NCBI GenBank assembly: GCA_964016885.1
Contig: OZ024740.1
Span: forward strand, 282,968,001 to 283,032,000
Direction: 5' to 3'
Origin: Eledone cirrhosa
Lineage: Eukaryota
Length of the DNA stretch: 64,000 nt
A program made the translations under genes and the position numbers. The notes under the pieces were generated by a model. That model ran no database searches. It saw nothing but the letters and a program-made list of their open reading frames with translations, and was not told the origin of the DNA. This document shows, in pieces, positions 1 to 12,085 of the stretch. Numbering within the stretch: position 1 is the first letter of the stretch; each line of letters begins with the position of its first letter.

Positions 1-1830
1 GTGGAGAAGCTGATGTTTAAGTCCTTTAGTGATGTAATGTAGTCCGCGAGCGAAGTGGGGTGCCTTAGTTTTCTATTTGTGAAAGAGTGGAGATGTGTTC
101 GAAACCTAATTTTGAACGGGCCGGAGGTGGCCCCTATATATTGTTTAACGCTATTGTGGCTAGTAATAGTGCATCTATATATAACCCTATCAGTCAAGCA
201 GTATCCTCTAAGGGGGCAGCGTCGTCTGTCGCGGCAGTTGCAATTTCTGTCGCGGTTCCGTCTATTTCCCACGGTAAGGCTATCATTGTTGCTGCCTACG
301 TTGTTACCTACGCTACCGCAGCTGTCGTTAGCACAATTACAACCCACAGCACGCGGGGTGGTGCGATTGTTATTCCGCACGTCATGTTCTGCATGTTCCC
401 CAGTCATTTCGCGGTTATTCTGGTTGCGACTGCGGATGCCGTTGCCAACACTATTGGATGCTGCCAGGGAGTTGTTAAGGCCGATATAGTTATTGTCAGG
501 TGTAGTTGCGTCTGTGTCGAGGTGCTGTGTCTTGGTGATCTTACTGTGGTTCGTTGTTCCTATGATGTCTGCTACGTTAGGAGTAGTAGAGAAGGATATT
601 TTTATATTGTTCCTATTAAGGATTTTTCTATACCTATGGTTGGGCGGGAAGTTCTTCTCTAAGGCTTCGAAGAACATCCGGGGTATGTTGGAGGCCACAC
701 TCCGAGAGTAGGGGGGTGGGGTGGAACCATAGGACGTTACGGTGGCGATTACGTGTCCTTGTACTTTTGCTACGGGTGGTTTCATCTAAGTGACCGCTCT
801 TATGTGTGTTAATGCGCAGTCGCCCGTTCGGTGCCCCTTTCACTTTATGCTCGGGTGCACTCTTTCTACCTCTTCCATGTTTATGTACACGAAGATGTTG
901 GTTGGAAGGCGTTGGTAGTAGGCCGTCGCCTTTGTTGGTTTTGTAATAGGGGAATAGTTTGAGTAATCTACAGTGTTCACCGTCGCCGTGGACGTGATCT
1001 TTGATGTGGTTATCTATTCTATTATATCCGACTTTAACGAGGTCGCCGCGTGATCGGTTATAGGTATGGCTTACTATAACATTAATTTTATGAGGGGGGT
1101 GGTTTCTAGAGCTAGCGTTAGGGGTGCAGGAAATTCCTCGGTTAAAGCCGGCGCTTATCAGGGCCCTATTGTAGTAATCTGCCGCTTGGTTGAAGATATC
1201 CTCATTGGCGGATAGACTCGAGATTCTATGTGAGATACTATAGACTATGGAGTTGAGAGTCTGCTTAGGGTGGTTGGAGGCATAATTAATATAAGAGAGG
1301 CACTCTCCAGGCTTATGGTATGGCTTGTATAAGCCCGTACTCAACTCCAGGGTCACGTCCAGGAAGTTGACAACCCTGTGGTTGAGGTCCATAGTTACGG
1401 ATAGGCCGTATGACTTAAAGAACCTGTGTATATGTTTGTTAAGGTTCTCTATCCTACGGGGGCTATGGTTTCTAACGGTAAACAGGGCGTCGTCCCTATA
1501 TACACCTCCTTGTAGGGCCGGTATTTCTTCCCTAAGATTATGTAGGAGGTATATTCCGACCAGGTCAGTTGCTTGCGCTGAGTCACTGGACCCCATCGTG
1601 ACATCGAAGTTATCAGGACGGTTGGTTCTGGTCCAGTGGGAGTCTTAGAACTGGATAATGGTTCTACGTGCCGCTAGAATTATGTCTATTTCTTTTTTAG
1701 TGAGGCTAGTGTTAGATCTAGCTAAGATAAGTGCCTTATTTAAGAGTATGGGGGAGATAGAGGCGTAGTAACTATCTATATCAAACTGGATGAATTTCCG
1801 GGTGGCTTTATCCGGCAACTCGGTGAACCA
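1..1830 (-). mobile_element. Penelope-like element (Naiad-like), left arm, 5'-truncated in RT; runs off the window start
   Basis: Minus-strand translation gives FDIDSYYASI (RT motif A), DVTMGSSDSA, GGVYRDD, VNFLDVTL, NHP and RNVLWFHP. 1-1669 is the reverse complement of 1834-3496. In-frame TAA near 1645 and a poly-C frameshift near 715. Confidence 0.93.
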
Positions 1831-3089
1831 ATTACGTAGAACCATTATCCAGTTCGAAAGCTCCCACTGGACCAGAACCAACCGTCCTGATAACTTCGAT
1901 GTCACGATGGGGTCCAGTGACTCAGCGCAAGAAACTGGCCTGGTCGGAATATACCTCCTACATAAGCTTAGGGAAGAAATACCGGCCCTACAAGGAGGTG
2001 TATATAGGGACGACGCCCTGTTTACCGTTAGGAACCATAGCCCCCGTAGGATAGAGAACCTTAACAAACATATACACAGGTTCTTTAAGTCATACGGCCT
2101 ATCCGTAACTATGGACCTCAACCACAGGGTTGTCAACTTCCTGGACGTGACCCTGGAGTTGAGTACGGGCTTATACAAGCCATACCATAAGCCTGGAGAG
2201 TGCCTCTCTTATATTAATTATGACCCCAACCACCCTAAGCAGACTCTCAACTCCATAGTCTATAGTATCTCACATAGAATCTCGAGGCTATCCGCCAATG
2301 AGGATATCTTCAACCAAGCGGCAGATTACTACAACAGGGCCCTGATAAGCGCCGGCTTTAACCGAGGAATTTCCTACATCCCTAACGCTAGCTCTAGAAA
2401 CCACCCCCCTCATAAAACTAACATTATAGTAAGCCATACCTATAACCGATCACGCGGCGACCTCGTTAAAGTCGGATATAATAGAATAGATAACCGCACC
2501 AAAGATCACGTCCCGGCGACGCTGAACACTGTAGATTACTCAAACTATTCCCCTATTACAAAACCAACAAAGGCGACGGCCTACTACCAACGCCTTCCAA
2601 CCAACATCTTCGTGTACATAAACATGGAAGAGGTAGAAAGAGTGCAATCGAGCATAAAGTGAAAGGGGCACCGAACGGGCGACTGCGCATTAACACACAT
2701 AAGAGCGGTCACTTGGATGGAACCACCCGTAGCAAAAGTACAAGGACACGTAATCGCCACCGTAACGTCCTATGGTCCCCCCCCCCTACTCTCGGAGTGT
2801 GGCCTCCAACATATCCCGGATGTTCTTCGAAGCCTTAGAGAAGAACTTCCCGCCCAACCATAGGTATAGAAAAATCCTTAATAGGAACAATATAAAAATA
2901 TCCTTCTCTACTTCTCCTAACGTAGCAGACATCATAGGAACAACGAACCACAGTAAGATCACCAAGACACAGCACCTCGACACAGACGCAACTACACCTG
3001 ACAATAACTATATCGGCCTTAACAACTCCCTGGCAGCATCCAATAGTGTTGGCAACGGCATCCGCAGACGCAACTAGAATAACCGCGAA

Positions 3090-3683
3090 ATGACTGGGGA
3101 ACATGCAGAACATGACGTGCGGAATAACAATCGCACCACCCCGCGTGCTGTGGGTTGTAATTGTGCTAACGACAGCTGCGGTAGCGTAGGTAACAACGTA
3201 GGCAGCAACAATGATAGCCTTACCGTGGGAAATAGACGGAACCGCGACAGAAATTGCAACTGCCGCGACAGACGACGCTGCCCCCTTAGAGGATACTGCT
3301 TGACTGATAGGGTTATATATAGATGCACTATTACTAGCCACAATAGCGTTAAACATTATATAGGGGCCACCTCCGGCCCGTTCAAAATTAGGTTTCGAAC
3401 ACATCTCCACTCTTTCACAAATAGAAAACTAAGGCACCCCACTTCGCTCGCGGACTACATTACATCACTAAAGGACTTAAACATCAGCTTCTCCACGCAC
3501 TGGGAGATTGTCGGCAGGGCTGCACCGTACAACTTCAAGAGGAAATGCGATCTTTGCCTCATGGAGCTCTGCCACATCATAACTGCACCCCACGAGCTCA
3601 TCAATAGCAGAGCTGAAAGAGCGAAAAGTTGTACACATCACTTAAAAATATCCTTCTTCAGATGGGTTAAGGATGAAGAGTGA
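3090..3683 (+). pseudogene. C-terminal Zn-motif + GIY-YIG endonuclease part of the disrupted PLE ORF
   Basis: VIYRCTIT...HYIGAT...RFRTH...CDLC..E...CTHH. Separated from upstream coding sequence by TAG at 3075-3077, which is CAG in the left arm. Confidence 0.9.
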
Positions 3684-3975
3684 AATAGTACACTGGATCT
3701 CCCTGCAACAAGTCTTAACACCCCGGCGGGCAGGCGCTGCAAAATAACACCCAGGAAACAATCCTTGCATACCAGAGCCAGCCTCAGACAAACGGATGCG
3801 GCGAAAAAAAAAAAAAAAAATTGGTCCGGGAAAGACTGCCCTAACACCGGCCAGAGTTACCTCCCTTGACCTGTTGCAAAATCAAAACAAGATATTTTTG
3901 CGAGCAATGAACCTTGATGTGGATTTAACCCCCAAAACTCTTTCCGAGCAATATAAGGAACACTTGTGATTATTT

Positions 3976-4018
3976 ATGCCCTTGAGAAGGCCAACTGGGC
4001 GAAACGTACGTAGGTGAT
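3976..4018 (+). ncRNA. Minimal type I hammerhead ribozyme (U3-A8 core variant) in the PLE 3' UTR
   Basis: cc-TTGAGAA-ggccaactgggc-GAAAC-gtac-GTA-gg. Palindromic stem III (acgtacgt). Stems I and II are imperfect. Confidence 0.7.
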
Positions 4019-4071
4019 ATTTTAAATAAACATGTTTTAACGGCCTATTCTCCGATTTTTTACTTTCCCAC

Positions 4072-4080
4072 GTATATATT

Positions 4081-4170
<90 letters not shown>

Positions 4171-4187
4171 TATATACATATATATAC

Positions 4188-4220
<33 letters not shown>

Positions 4221-4410
4221 AATGTATGTACATATATGTATATATGTATATGTATGTGTGTGTATATATGTATAGACATATATACATACATATAAATATG
4301 TATGTATATATATACATATATACACACACATACATATATATATATATGTGTACATACATATATGTACATACATATATGTACATACATATATGTTGCCACA
4401 TATATTTACT
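4072..4410. repeat. Compound (TA)/(CA)/(TG) microsatellite
   Basis: Direct reading. Representative of dozens of similar tracts across the window. Confidence 0.97.
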
Positions 4411-4678
4411 TACAATTCTATATCTGCCTTTCATGCATTATATATTCAATGATTTTATATATTTTATGTCTATTTTGTTGCTTATCTCTAATTTGCCTTT
4501 GATCATTTATTCTACAAATCCTTTATATTATGTTAATGCTCTTTGCAATTTATCATAAACTGGCATATTAGAAATTTTAAATTAACTTAGGTGACGATAT
4601 GTGTAATATATCAAATTCATCTCTCATTGAGAATTGTTTTTCTATTTTTAAAATCTCAAATCCTATATTTTAATCTAT

Positions 4679-4895
4679 ACTAGGTGCCCCCTTCCCGCTA
4701 GCTCCTAATCACAACCTCCTCCTACAGATAACTACTTTATTACCTCTCATCCATGCAATAAACTGTAAGCATGACATAGGTTATCTTCTCCCATCTCTTT
4801 TCAATTTAAAAAAAGGCTTGTTTCCAATTTTCACTCCTATATATATGGGTGATTGACAGACAGACGGAGACACATATGCTCTTTTATAATACAAA
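4679..4895 (+). mobile_element. Possible degenerate Helentron/HINE-like non-autonomous element
   Basis: Starts ACTAG..CCC and ends cagacagacgga...cttttataata, resembling HINE termini. Confidence 0.3.
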
Positions 4896-5607
4896 TTGAT
4901 ATATTTAAGACCTAACAATCCATACTTTCGACTATCATATATGTAATAATATCACAGGTAAAATGTTATCCTTATCTTGTTTTTTTTAATTCTCTCATCT
5001 TAATTTTTATTTTTATATCGATGCGCTAAGTTAGAAAAGGTCTAAAATTACTGAAATAAGAGTTGGTTACTCCAGATAATAGTTAGAATAATTGGATAAA
5101 TTAGAAACGAAAAAAATGAAAGGTTATGCGCAGAGGCGCATCTTTCATTACTAAGGTAATTTACCCAATTTTCTCAACTATTATGAATAGGGATCGACTG
5201 GTATTGCAGTTATTTTCTGTGCTTGGGATCTCACATTTTCAACATTCATTCTTATATTACTTAAAAATCATTATTGAAATTTAAAAGCATTTAGTTGATG
5301 TTATTTTAAATGCCATCTCTTGTGTAAACCATCCTCTGCTGTGGATATTTTTCAATCTTGTTTGCCATCTTTAAAGTATGATCGATTACATGTTACAATC
5401 GAATATAAACAAACACACACATACATATATACATGTATATAAATATGTGTATGTGTGTATGTGTGTGTCTGTATTTGTAAGTATATTGACTTCGTGTATG
5501 TGTATACTGTGTATGTATGCATATATTGTTGTGTATAGATATTTTCTAGAGTTTGTTCGAAAAGACGTATAATGTATATCCTTTAGCTGTCTACCTACAT
5601 ATATATG

Positions 5608-5642
<35 letters not shown>

Positions 5643-5720
5643 TGTGTATGTGATCGTATCAATACATATACACAGTGTGTGTGTGCGTGTGTATGTGTGT
5701 GTGTGTGCGCGCGCGCCCGT

Positions 5721-5751
<31 letters not shown>

Positions 5752-7049
5752 AATATGTTTGTTATTTGTGATTGAAAATAATACATGTTCTAACTTTTGG
5801 TGGCTATTCATATTTTTTTCTTTATTTTTAGATTAACTTTCAACTTTCATAACGACTAAATCAATATTCACTCCGTAGTTAACAGCAATTCTTGTCTTGA
5901 GGTTCATATCCGAAGGTGATGCATACGAAGATGATGATTATTCCTTCCTACTCTATAATTAGAATTCTGAATCTGTATAATTATAAGTAATTATCTTAAT
6001 ATACATTTCAAAATGTCTTCGTGTGTGCTGTTATGCTGGTTTCTCCGCCCTTTCTTTCATTCTTATGTAGCAATTGTTTGTCCTTCCTTTGCTGTCTCGT
6101 TTCAGGCTCTGTGTATCTTCTTCTTCTTCCATTTCTAATTATCATTCGCTCTATCTCCATGTTGATATATATTTTGTCTTGCATACCTCCCCACCTATCT
6201 TTCTCTTTCTTACGACATTCCTAACAAATCCTAGCTCTGTTCCTCCTTGTATTGTTGGCAGGATGAAAGTTCTCTCTCTCTATTGCTATATATTAGTCTC
6301 CATTTTTTTTATTTCCTTTCTTTCTCCCATCTATCCCCCCTCTCCCTCTCTCTATTTCCTTCCTTTTAAATACACTGGAACTTTTTCTGCAGTTGCCATT
6401 AAAGCAACCAGTCTATTGTACATCAAATGTTACTTTGTTAAAAAAAAAGAGACGAACGTCATATGTATATTCACGTACGGACTCACATATGTAAATATAT
6501 ATTTTGGTACGCTTGCACTTACATACCTGCACACACAGACACACAGCCAAAGGCATACACACGCATACACACGTGTGATACGTGTTTGGACCTGGTTGTT
6601 GGTCGGACTGCTTACTTTGTAGTAAGGGTATTTATAAGGAAGTGCCAACTGCTATCGTGGGCGGATATGGGTAGGATTAATGCCCAGACGTCGACTACAA
6701 CCGCATGTGATCTCCTGAGGTCATTTCGTTTCTGTATCTCCGATTCATAGCACGCTTTATTCTACGCTTGGCATACATACATACGTCGTAGTTGAGGTAC
6801 GATTTTAATTCATTCATCTATTCAGGGCCGGGCCAAAATATCTGGCACCCTAGACAAAGTTAGGTTATGGCGCTTTCCCCCTAGGAAAATATCAATTTCA
6901 AAATTTATAAACAATAAATTTAAAAAAAAACTTTTCAACATTTGAGCACAGACCAAAGATAATTTAAAAAAAATACTCATCTGTACTGAAGTGTCCGGAC
7001 ACCCTCCTCCCCCCTCCCCAAACTGAGTAGAATTAGGAAATATTTTTGT

Positions 7050-7945
7050 ATGGAATTGTTTGTTTTGAATTAAACTTCATTCTTTACTATATATTAGTTC
7101 GTGTTATTTATTCTTTGCTTCTATCTAGTATTATTCGGTTCAAACTCAGTCAATGAATTTGTTGGATATGGTTAGCTGGTATTTGTGTGCTGTTTAGTGT
7201 AAGATTCTCATATAGTTTTACTTACATCGCTACTGGTTCATGTTATTTGCATTTACTTACCTATATTGTTGGTTTAACCTCATGTCCTTGTTTTCATAAC
7301 TGTATAAGGATGACTGTGTTTTTCATATTGTTTAATATGAGTTTCTATTTAGTTCAGTTTTTGTGATGAGTAAATTAATGGCTAATTTAGGGGTGTTTAT
7401 TTAAAGGGCTCTCCGGAATCGACGTTTGATCTGATTTAATTTACTTGGCATTATCTGTTTGTTAAACTGGATGTTGTTTTACCAAAGTATTTCGATTAGG
7501 TTTATAGATAATTCCGGAGTTTTGCCTTAGATTGTTCTGGTTTTATTGATAAGCCTCTGATTCATTTCTGTGAATGCCTCTTTATCCGTTCATATTCGTT
7601 GCGGGCATTTGGTCAGAGATTATGTCATGCGTTTGTTCTTATTCTTTGTGGGTTCAATGCTAATTACATAATAGAATAGTGGTTACTACAGAATTATGAA
7701 GAAATGACGTAATATGACTGTTGAAGTGTGATTACTTCCATAAACGCCGTACTATTAATTGGTGTAGGCTGGATGGTTGTTGTTAAATTGGTTGTGATTA
7801 GTTTTGCGTTATATCTATTGTGGCATGTATCTGAGAGGTAAGGCTGAGTATAGGTTTATAGATTGCTATTGCTTGAGTTCGTGGATAGCATTGGTCCGAT
7901 TTGTAGATGTGTTTGCATTCAAAGTAAGGTAACCAACAATTATAG
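7050..7945 (-). mobile_element. Highly degenerate retroelement RT remnant (possibly PLE)
   Basis: Strand-skewed composition. Minus-strand peptide IYKPILS resembles the PLE RPI+S motif. Many stops. Confidence 0.3.
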
Positions 7946-8779
7946 TTGATATATATATATATATATATATGTTTATATATCTATCTATCTATCAACTATA
8001 TATATATATATAGACGTGTGTGTGTGAGAGTGTGTGTGTGTATGTATGTGTGTGTGTGTGTATGTGTGTGTGTGTGTGAGTGTGTGTGCGTGTCTATGTA
8101 TGTGTGTGTGTGTGTGTAAAAGGTATACAGAAATAAGAACACATTCGATACAGTATATGGAAGGAATATATTAGGTTAACGCTTGAAATAGCAGCAAGAG
8201 AATCTTAAAGAGTTTCGGACTTTATGTCTACCAATGTATTTATTTCAATGTATTAACTTATCAAGGTCTGTTTGCCGAAATACTACTTTATGGCAAAAAG
8301 CATGTGCATGCACACACATAGACAAACACAAACGCGCATGTATAAACTTTCTGTGTAAAATAATATACGTATGTAGTTTTGCAATTATTGACTTCTATTA
8401 AATTGTCTTTCGACTGAATCACTTCTTTCCCGAGCAGCTTCGGGTACTACTGCTAGTAACATTATGAATCTATATCATCGGTTTTAGAAATTGATGAGCG
8501 TACAAATCATTATATAATCTTCATTTTATATTTATATATATTAATTCCCTTTTGTAATGTGTCTTCATTTTGAAAGAAACGAAGACAAACATTTCACAAT
8601 TGAGAGCATTTATAATCCTTTACTTTACTTTCCTATATAACCAGATTTGCCCTTCTTTACTTTTCACCATTTTTTTCGTTATTTAATTTGTTCTTTTTTA
8701 ATCTTTTAAAAAAATATTTCCATCATTGTATAACTTTTGTTAGTAAAATGTAGTTGATATAAAAGGAAAAAAACTATTT

Positions 8780-8837
<58 letters not shown>

Positions 8838-8846
8838 ATATATATA

Positions 8847-9660
8847 TATAAATTTTAGTACAGCATTAACGAAGCTTTAGAACACGGCCAAGCTAACGAA
8901 TGCATAACCGGTCTGTAGCTCTAGCACTCGGATAAGGAAGAACCCCAGAGTTATAACATTACGTTCAGGCAGCTTAGCAAATCAGATATAGCGGTCGGCA
9001 GTCCAGCCGCATCACTAGAGCAACGAAAATACAGGATCCAGGAAAAGATTTAATACTGACCCGAACAGAGCGGTGAGGCTGAGTGCAAAATATATAACTT
9101 ACATCGTATATCACACAATATACATCACATACAGCACCCAACATCAGCGCTAAGTTCTGCAAATCCAAGATCGACAAATTCCGATTGCAGGAGTCTGCAA
9201 TATAATGGTTTTTGACGACAGAACATAGGATTTCCTTCTTCAGCAAGTCTTTCGTTCTTAGCCTGAGCGGGTAGGTTGTAGCTTTAAATTTCGCCACAGA
9301 CACGTGGTTTTCTCCAAGGGAGGTAACCTCCGCTTAGGCGGTGAATTCCAATTTGAGATAAAGGAATGAATCCCTTTAGACAAACCGAATTAAGCACTCA
9401 ACTAGAAGTTATCAAACAAACATAAAGAATTAATCAATCAATAGAATCATCTAATTAAATTAATCAGTTAATCGTTAATTCTAGGAGTAAATATAAATTT
9501 TAGTACAGCATTAACGAAGCTTTAGAACACGGCCAAGCTAACGAATGCATAACCGGTCTGTAGCTCTAGCACTCGGATAAGGAAGAACCCCAGAGTAATA
9601 ACATTACGTTCAGACAGCTTAGCAAATCAGATATAGCGTCGGCAGTCCAGCCGCATCATT

Positions 9661-9662
<2 letters not shown>
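8847..9662. repeat. Partial tandem element: ~645 bp unit plus a ~170 bp direct repeat, flanked by (TA)n
   Basis: 8847-9018 is nearly identical to 9491-9662 (tataaattttagtacagcattaacg...cagccgcatca). Confidence 0.85.
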
Positions 9663-9723
<61 letters not shown>

Positions 9724-9725
<2 letters not shown>

Positions 9726-11010
9726 ATGATCGAACCTGACTCTGAAAATCGCAAGGTCCTCAGAGCGTCTTGATTCTACGAAGCAGATTTTCCTAATGTC
9801 CTTTTACATCGATATCCTTCACCTGTCGGCTTAGATCCTGTTGTTGTCATTCTATGAGTGGTCAAGAATTGTACACGTCATCGATATTTATTATGTACAG
9901 GCATTTTTTATATATATGTGCCACCCAAGTTATATGTGATTAGTGCAAGGATACTATGCGGCTATATCATTTATGCATATTGTGCATGCACTTTCGGGCT
10001 TATATCGCCACATGATCGAGTTGGGACCAAGCCTCAAGATCGTTGTCCAACATAATACTATGTGCACCATGTGCACAGCTACGCGTGTATGTACGGATGA
10101 GAGGGTATTCATCAAGTATGCACCCTCGGTATGAACATACGCGGGTACATGTATGTATGTGCATCCACGCAAATATGCATGCACATGCGTGTACACATGT
10201 CTGGGTGGATGTATCTGTATGAACATGTCTGTGTGAGGGTACGAATGCCTATGTGTAGATCTTTTTTTCATCTGTGTATATATGTGTAGCGTCTTAACTA
10301 TACACGCTTCCCTGACTACAGTGTGTGAGTGTAGATATGTGTATATTTATCAAAAATACCTTCGAAATAACTTTTTTTGAAAGGCTGTTCCAAGCATTCA
10401 TTTAAAAACGTTCTTTGTACAGAGTTTTTTTCTTTTTCAAATATGTATGTTTTAAGGTATTCTGAGGTTGTGTCCTTGAAACGTTATGCTAAATATTTTT
10501 CTAATTTGTTTTAAAAATTCCCTCCAAGAATTATTTACGGTGATTGTCGCATACAATACAGTTGCGGGTGTGTACGCGATCGGTGTAGGAGAGGGCGCCT
10601 AAAGACAGCGAAGACGTCGAAGAGCCGCCAGCCGTTCAAACATACAACCCCTTACCTACTACAAAAGTAATTCCGACCTAAGAAAACAAATTTGATTGAC
10701 AGGTGGAGAATAAAAAGAACCAAATAGTGGACAACCATGAGTGGCTAGAAATATCGATGACGTGTACAATTCTTGACCACTCATAGAAAGACAACAACAG
10801 GATCTAAGCCGACAGGCGAAGGATATCGATGTAAAAGGACATTAGGAAAATCTGCTTCGTCGAATCAGGACGCATCTGAGGACCTTGCGATTTTCAGAGT
10901 CAGGTTCGATCATCACATCGATTGTACCTCGAGCTGGTCGCCAGAGAAACGATTGTAATATGTCCAATAAATTCCATTCGTCGCAACACTGATTCTCTTT
11001 TTTTCTGTGA
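9724..11010. mobile_element. Hammerhead-bearing element (family C) with an inverted ~165 bp copy at its 5' side
   Basis: 9724-9889 is the reverse complement of 10749-10915. 10850-11000 is homologous to 30450-30600. Flanked by (TA)n. Confidence 0.8.
10868..10965 (+). ncRNA. Type I hammerhead with extended stem II (family C)
   Basis: ggacgcat-CTGAGGA-ccttgcga...tcgccaga-GAAAC-gatt-GTA-atatgtcc, followed by AATAAA. Confidence 0.65.
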
Positions 11011-11038
11011 TATTTATATATATATATATATATGAAAA

Positions 11039-11223
11039 AGTAAGACCCCGACGGCAGAGCTCAAGCCGTTTCGACGGCTATTTCTGGACTGAAATAGCCG
11101 TCGAAACGGCTTGAGCTCTGTCGTCGGGGTCATACTCTTTCCTATTTCCCAATCTACTACCCTAAGTATTGAGTACTCTGGTGCGTTATGGTCCATCTGG
11201 TTCCTTACCACGATTCCTTTGTT
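11039..11223 (+). repeat. Fold-back palindrome (11039-11136) at the 5' end of a dispersed element; second copy at 47167-47340
   Basis: agtaagaccccgacggcagagctcaagccgtttcgacggctatttc-tggact-gaaatagccgtcgaaacggcttgagctctgtcgtcggggtcatact. Confidence 0.85.
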
Positions 11224-11368
11224 ATATCTATATCTATATATATATATAGAGAGAGATAATTATTAGGGTAAATATTGATGCAATTCAATTCAAGCACTCA
11301 ACGTACTTTTTCCACATAGGAGTGACGGAGTAAATATCGAATAAGGAAACAACCTTATTATGTAACAA

Positions 11369-11442
11369 GCTGTCTGATGATGACACGACACTCGCACACA
11401 GAACAGTGTGGCCAGTGTCGTCATTGAAATATATATCACAGC
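11369..11442 (+). ncRNA. Type I hammerhead ribozyme
   Basis: gctgt-CTGATGA-tgacacgacact...agtgtcgtcatt-GAAAT-atat-ATC-acagc. Perfect 5-bp stem I, long stem II, palindromic stem III. Confidence 0.85.
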
Positions 11443-11579
11443 ATTATTATTAAAGAACTTGAACATCTGAAACTACTTCGCTTTTCCTTATTCTATATAT
11501 ATATAGAGAGAGATAGATAGATATAGTGTAATATATATATTTAGATGGAATTTTCTATCGACTGAATAAAGAGATTTTG

Positions 11580-12085
11580 TTAAGAACAATAGTTCTGGTT
11601 GTTTATTAAATATTATATTCCATTGTTGATAAGTGTTGTGATTCTAAAGCGACATCTTCCCATGCCATTGATGTAAGGTCTGTTTTATTCTGTGATCTTT
11701 TGTAATATGTTATATCCGTTGGCGTTATCTTTTAGCCACAATATATAATTCGATAAATCTGTTGATGGACTCTTATATTCAAACTTACATGACCAATATG
11801 GTTCGTGTATATTTGTCTGAATTATCATTCAATCGTTCTCATGTAGAGCGCGTGTCCTATATAATAATTATATTATTCTTGTTGGTTGATCTTACTGCTA
11901 CCTTGTTTATTGAAGCTTTGGTAGGCTGAAAATGTCGCATTATGCCTTCGTGTTATAATTCGAATACGAGAGTTATTGTTTTCTCTCCTATTACGTTTGC
12001 CATGTTTCTAGTGCCACAATAAATATATTTTATATTAAAATTTAACCACCATATAATTATATTGTTCTTGTTATTATGATTGCTT
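11580..12085 (-). mobile_element. Degenerate PLE C-terminal (GIY-YIG region) remnant
   Basis: Minus-strand peptide STDLSNYILWLK resembles T.LS.YIW.LK of Naiad-type endonucleases. Heavily decayed. Confidence 0.35.

Larger units (their letters stand above)
1834..4075 (+). mobile_element. Penelope-like element (Naiad-like), right arm: RT core/thumb, linker, CxC Zn motif, GIY-YIG, 3' UTR/pLTR ending in (TA)n
   Basis: ORFs 1790-2662, 2772-3077 and 3090-3683 contain YRDD, PPYSRSV, FPPNHRYRKILNRNNIKISFS, NCNCRDRRRCPLRGYCL, VIY...YIG, FKIRFRTH and CDLCLME. AATAAA near 4025, then microsatellite. Confidence 0.93.

Noticed and set aside
55-711. Plus-strand ORFs 55-489, 87-662, 493-711 and their mirrors at 2786-3410
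   Set aside because: Antisense shadows of the PLE ORF, duplicated only because of the inversion.
3240-3900. Selenoprotein-type Naiad (UGA-encoded Cys positions plus SECIS)
   Set aside because: All conserved cysteines (CNC, CPL, CL, CDLC, CTHH) use TGC/TGT codons, and there is no in-frame TGA before the terminal stop.
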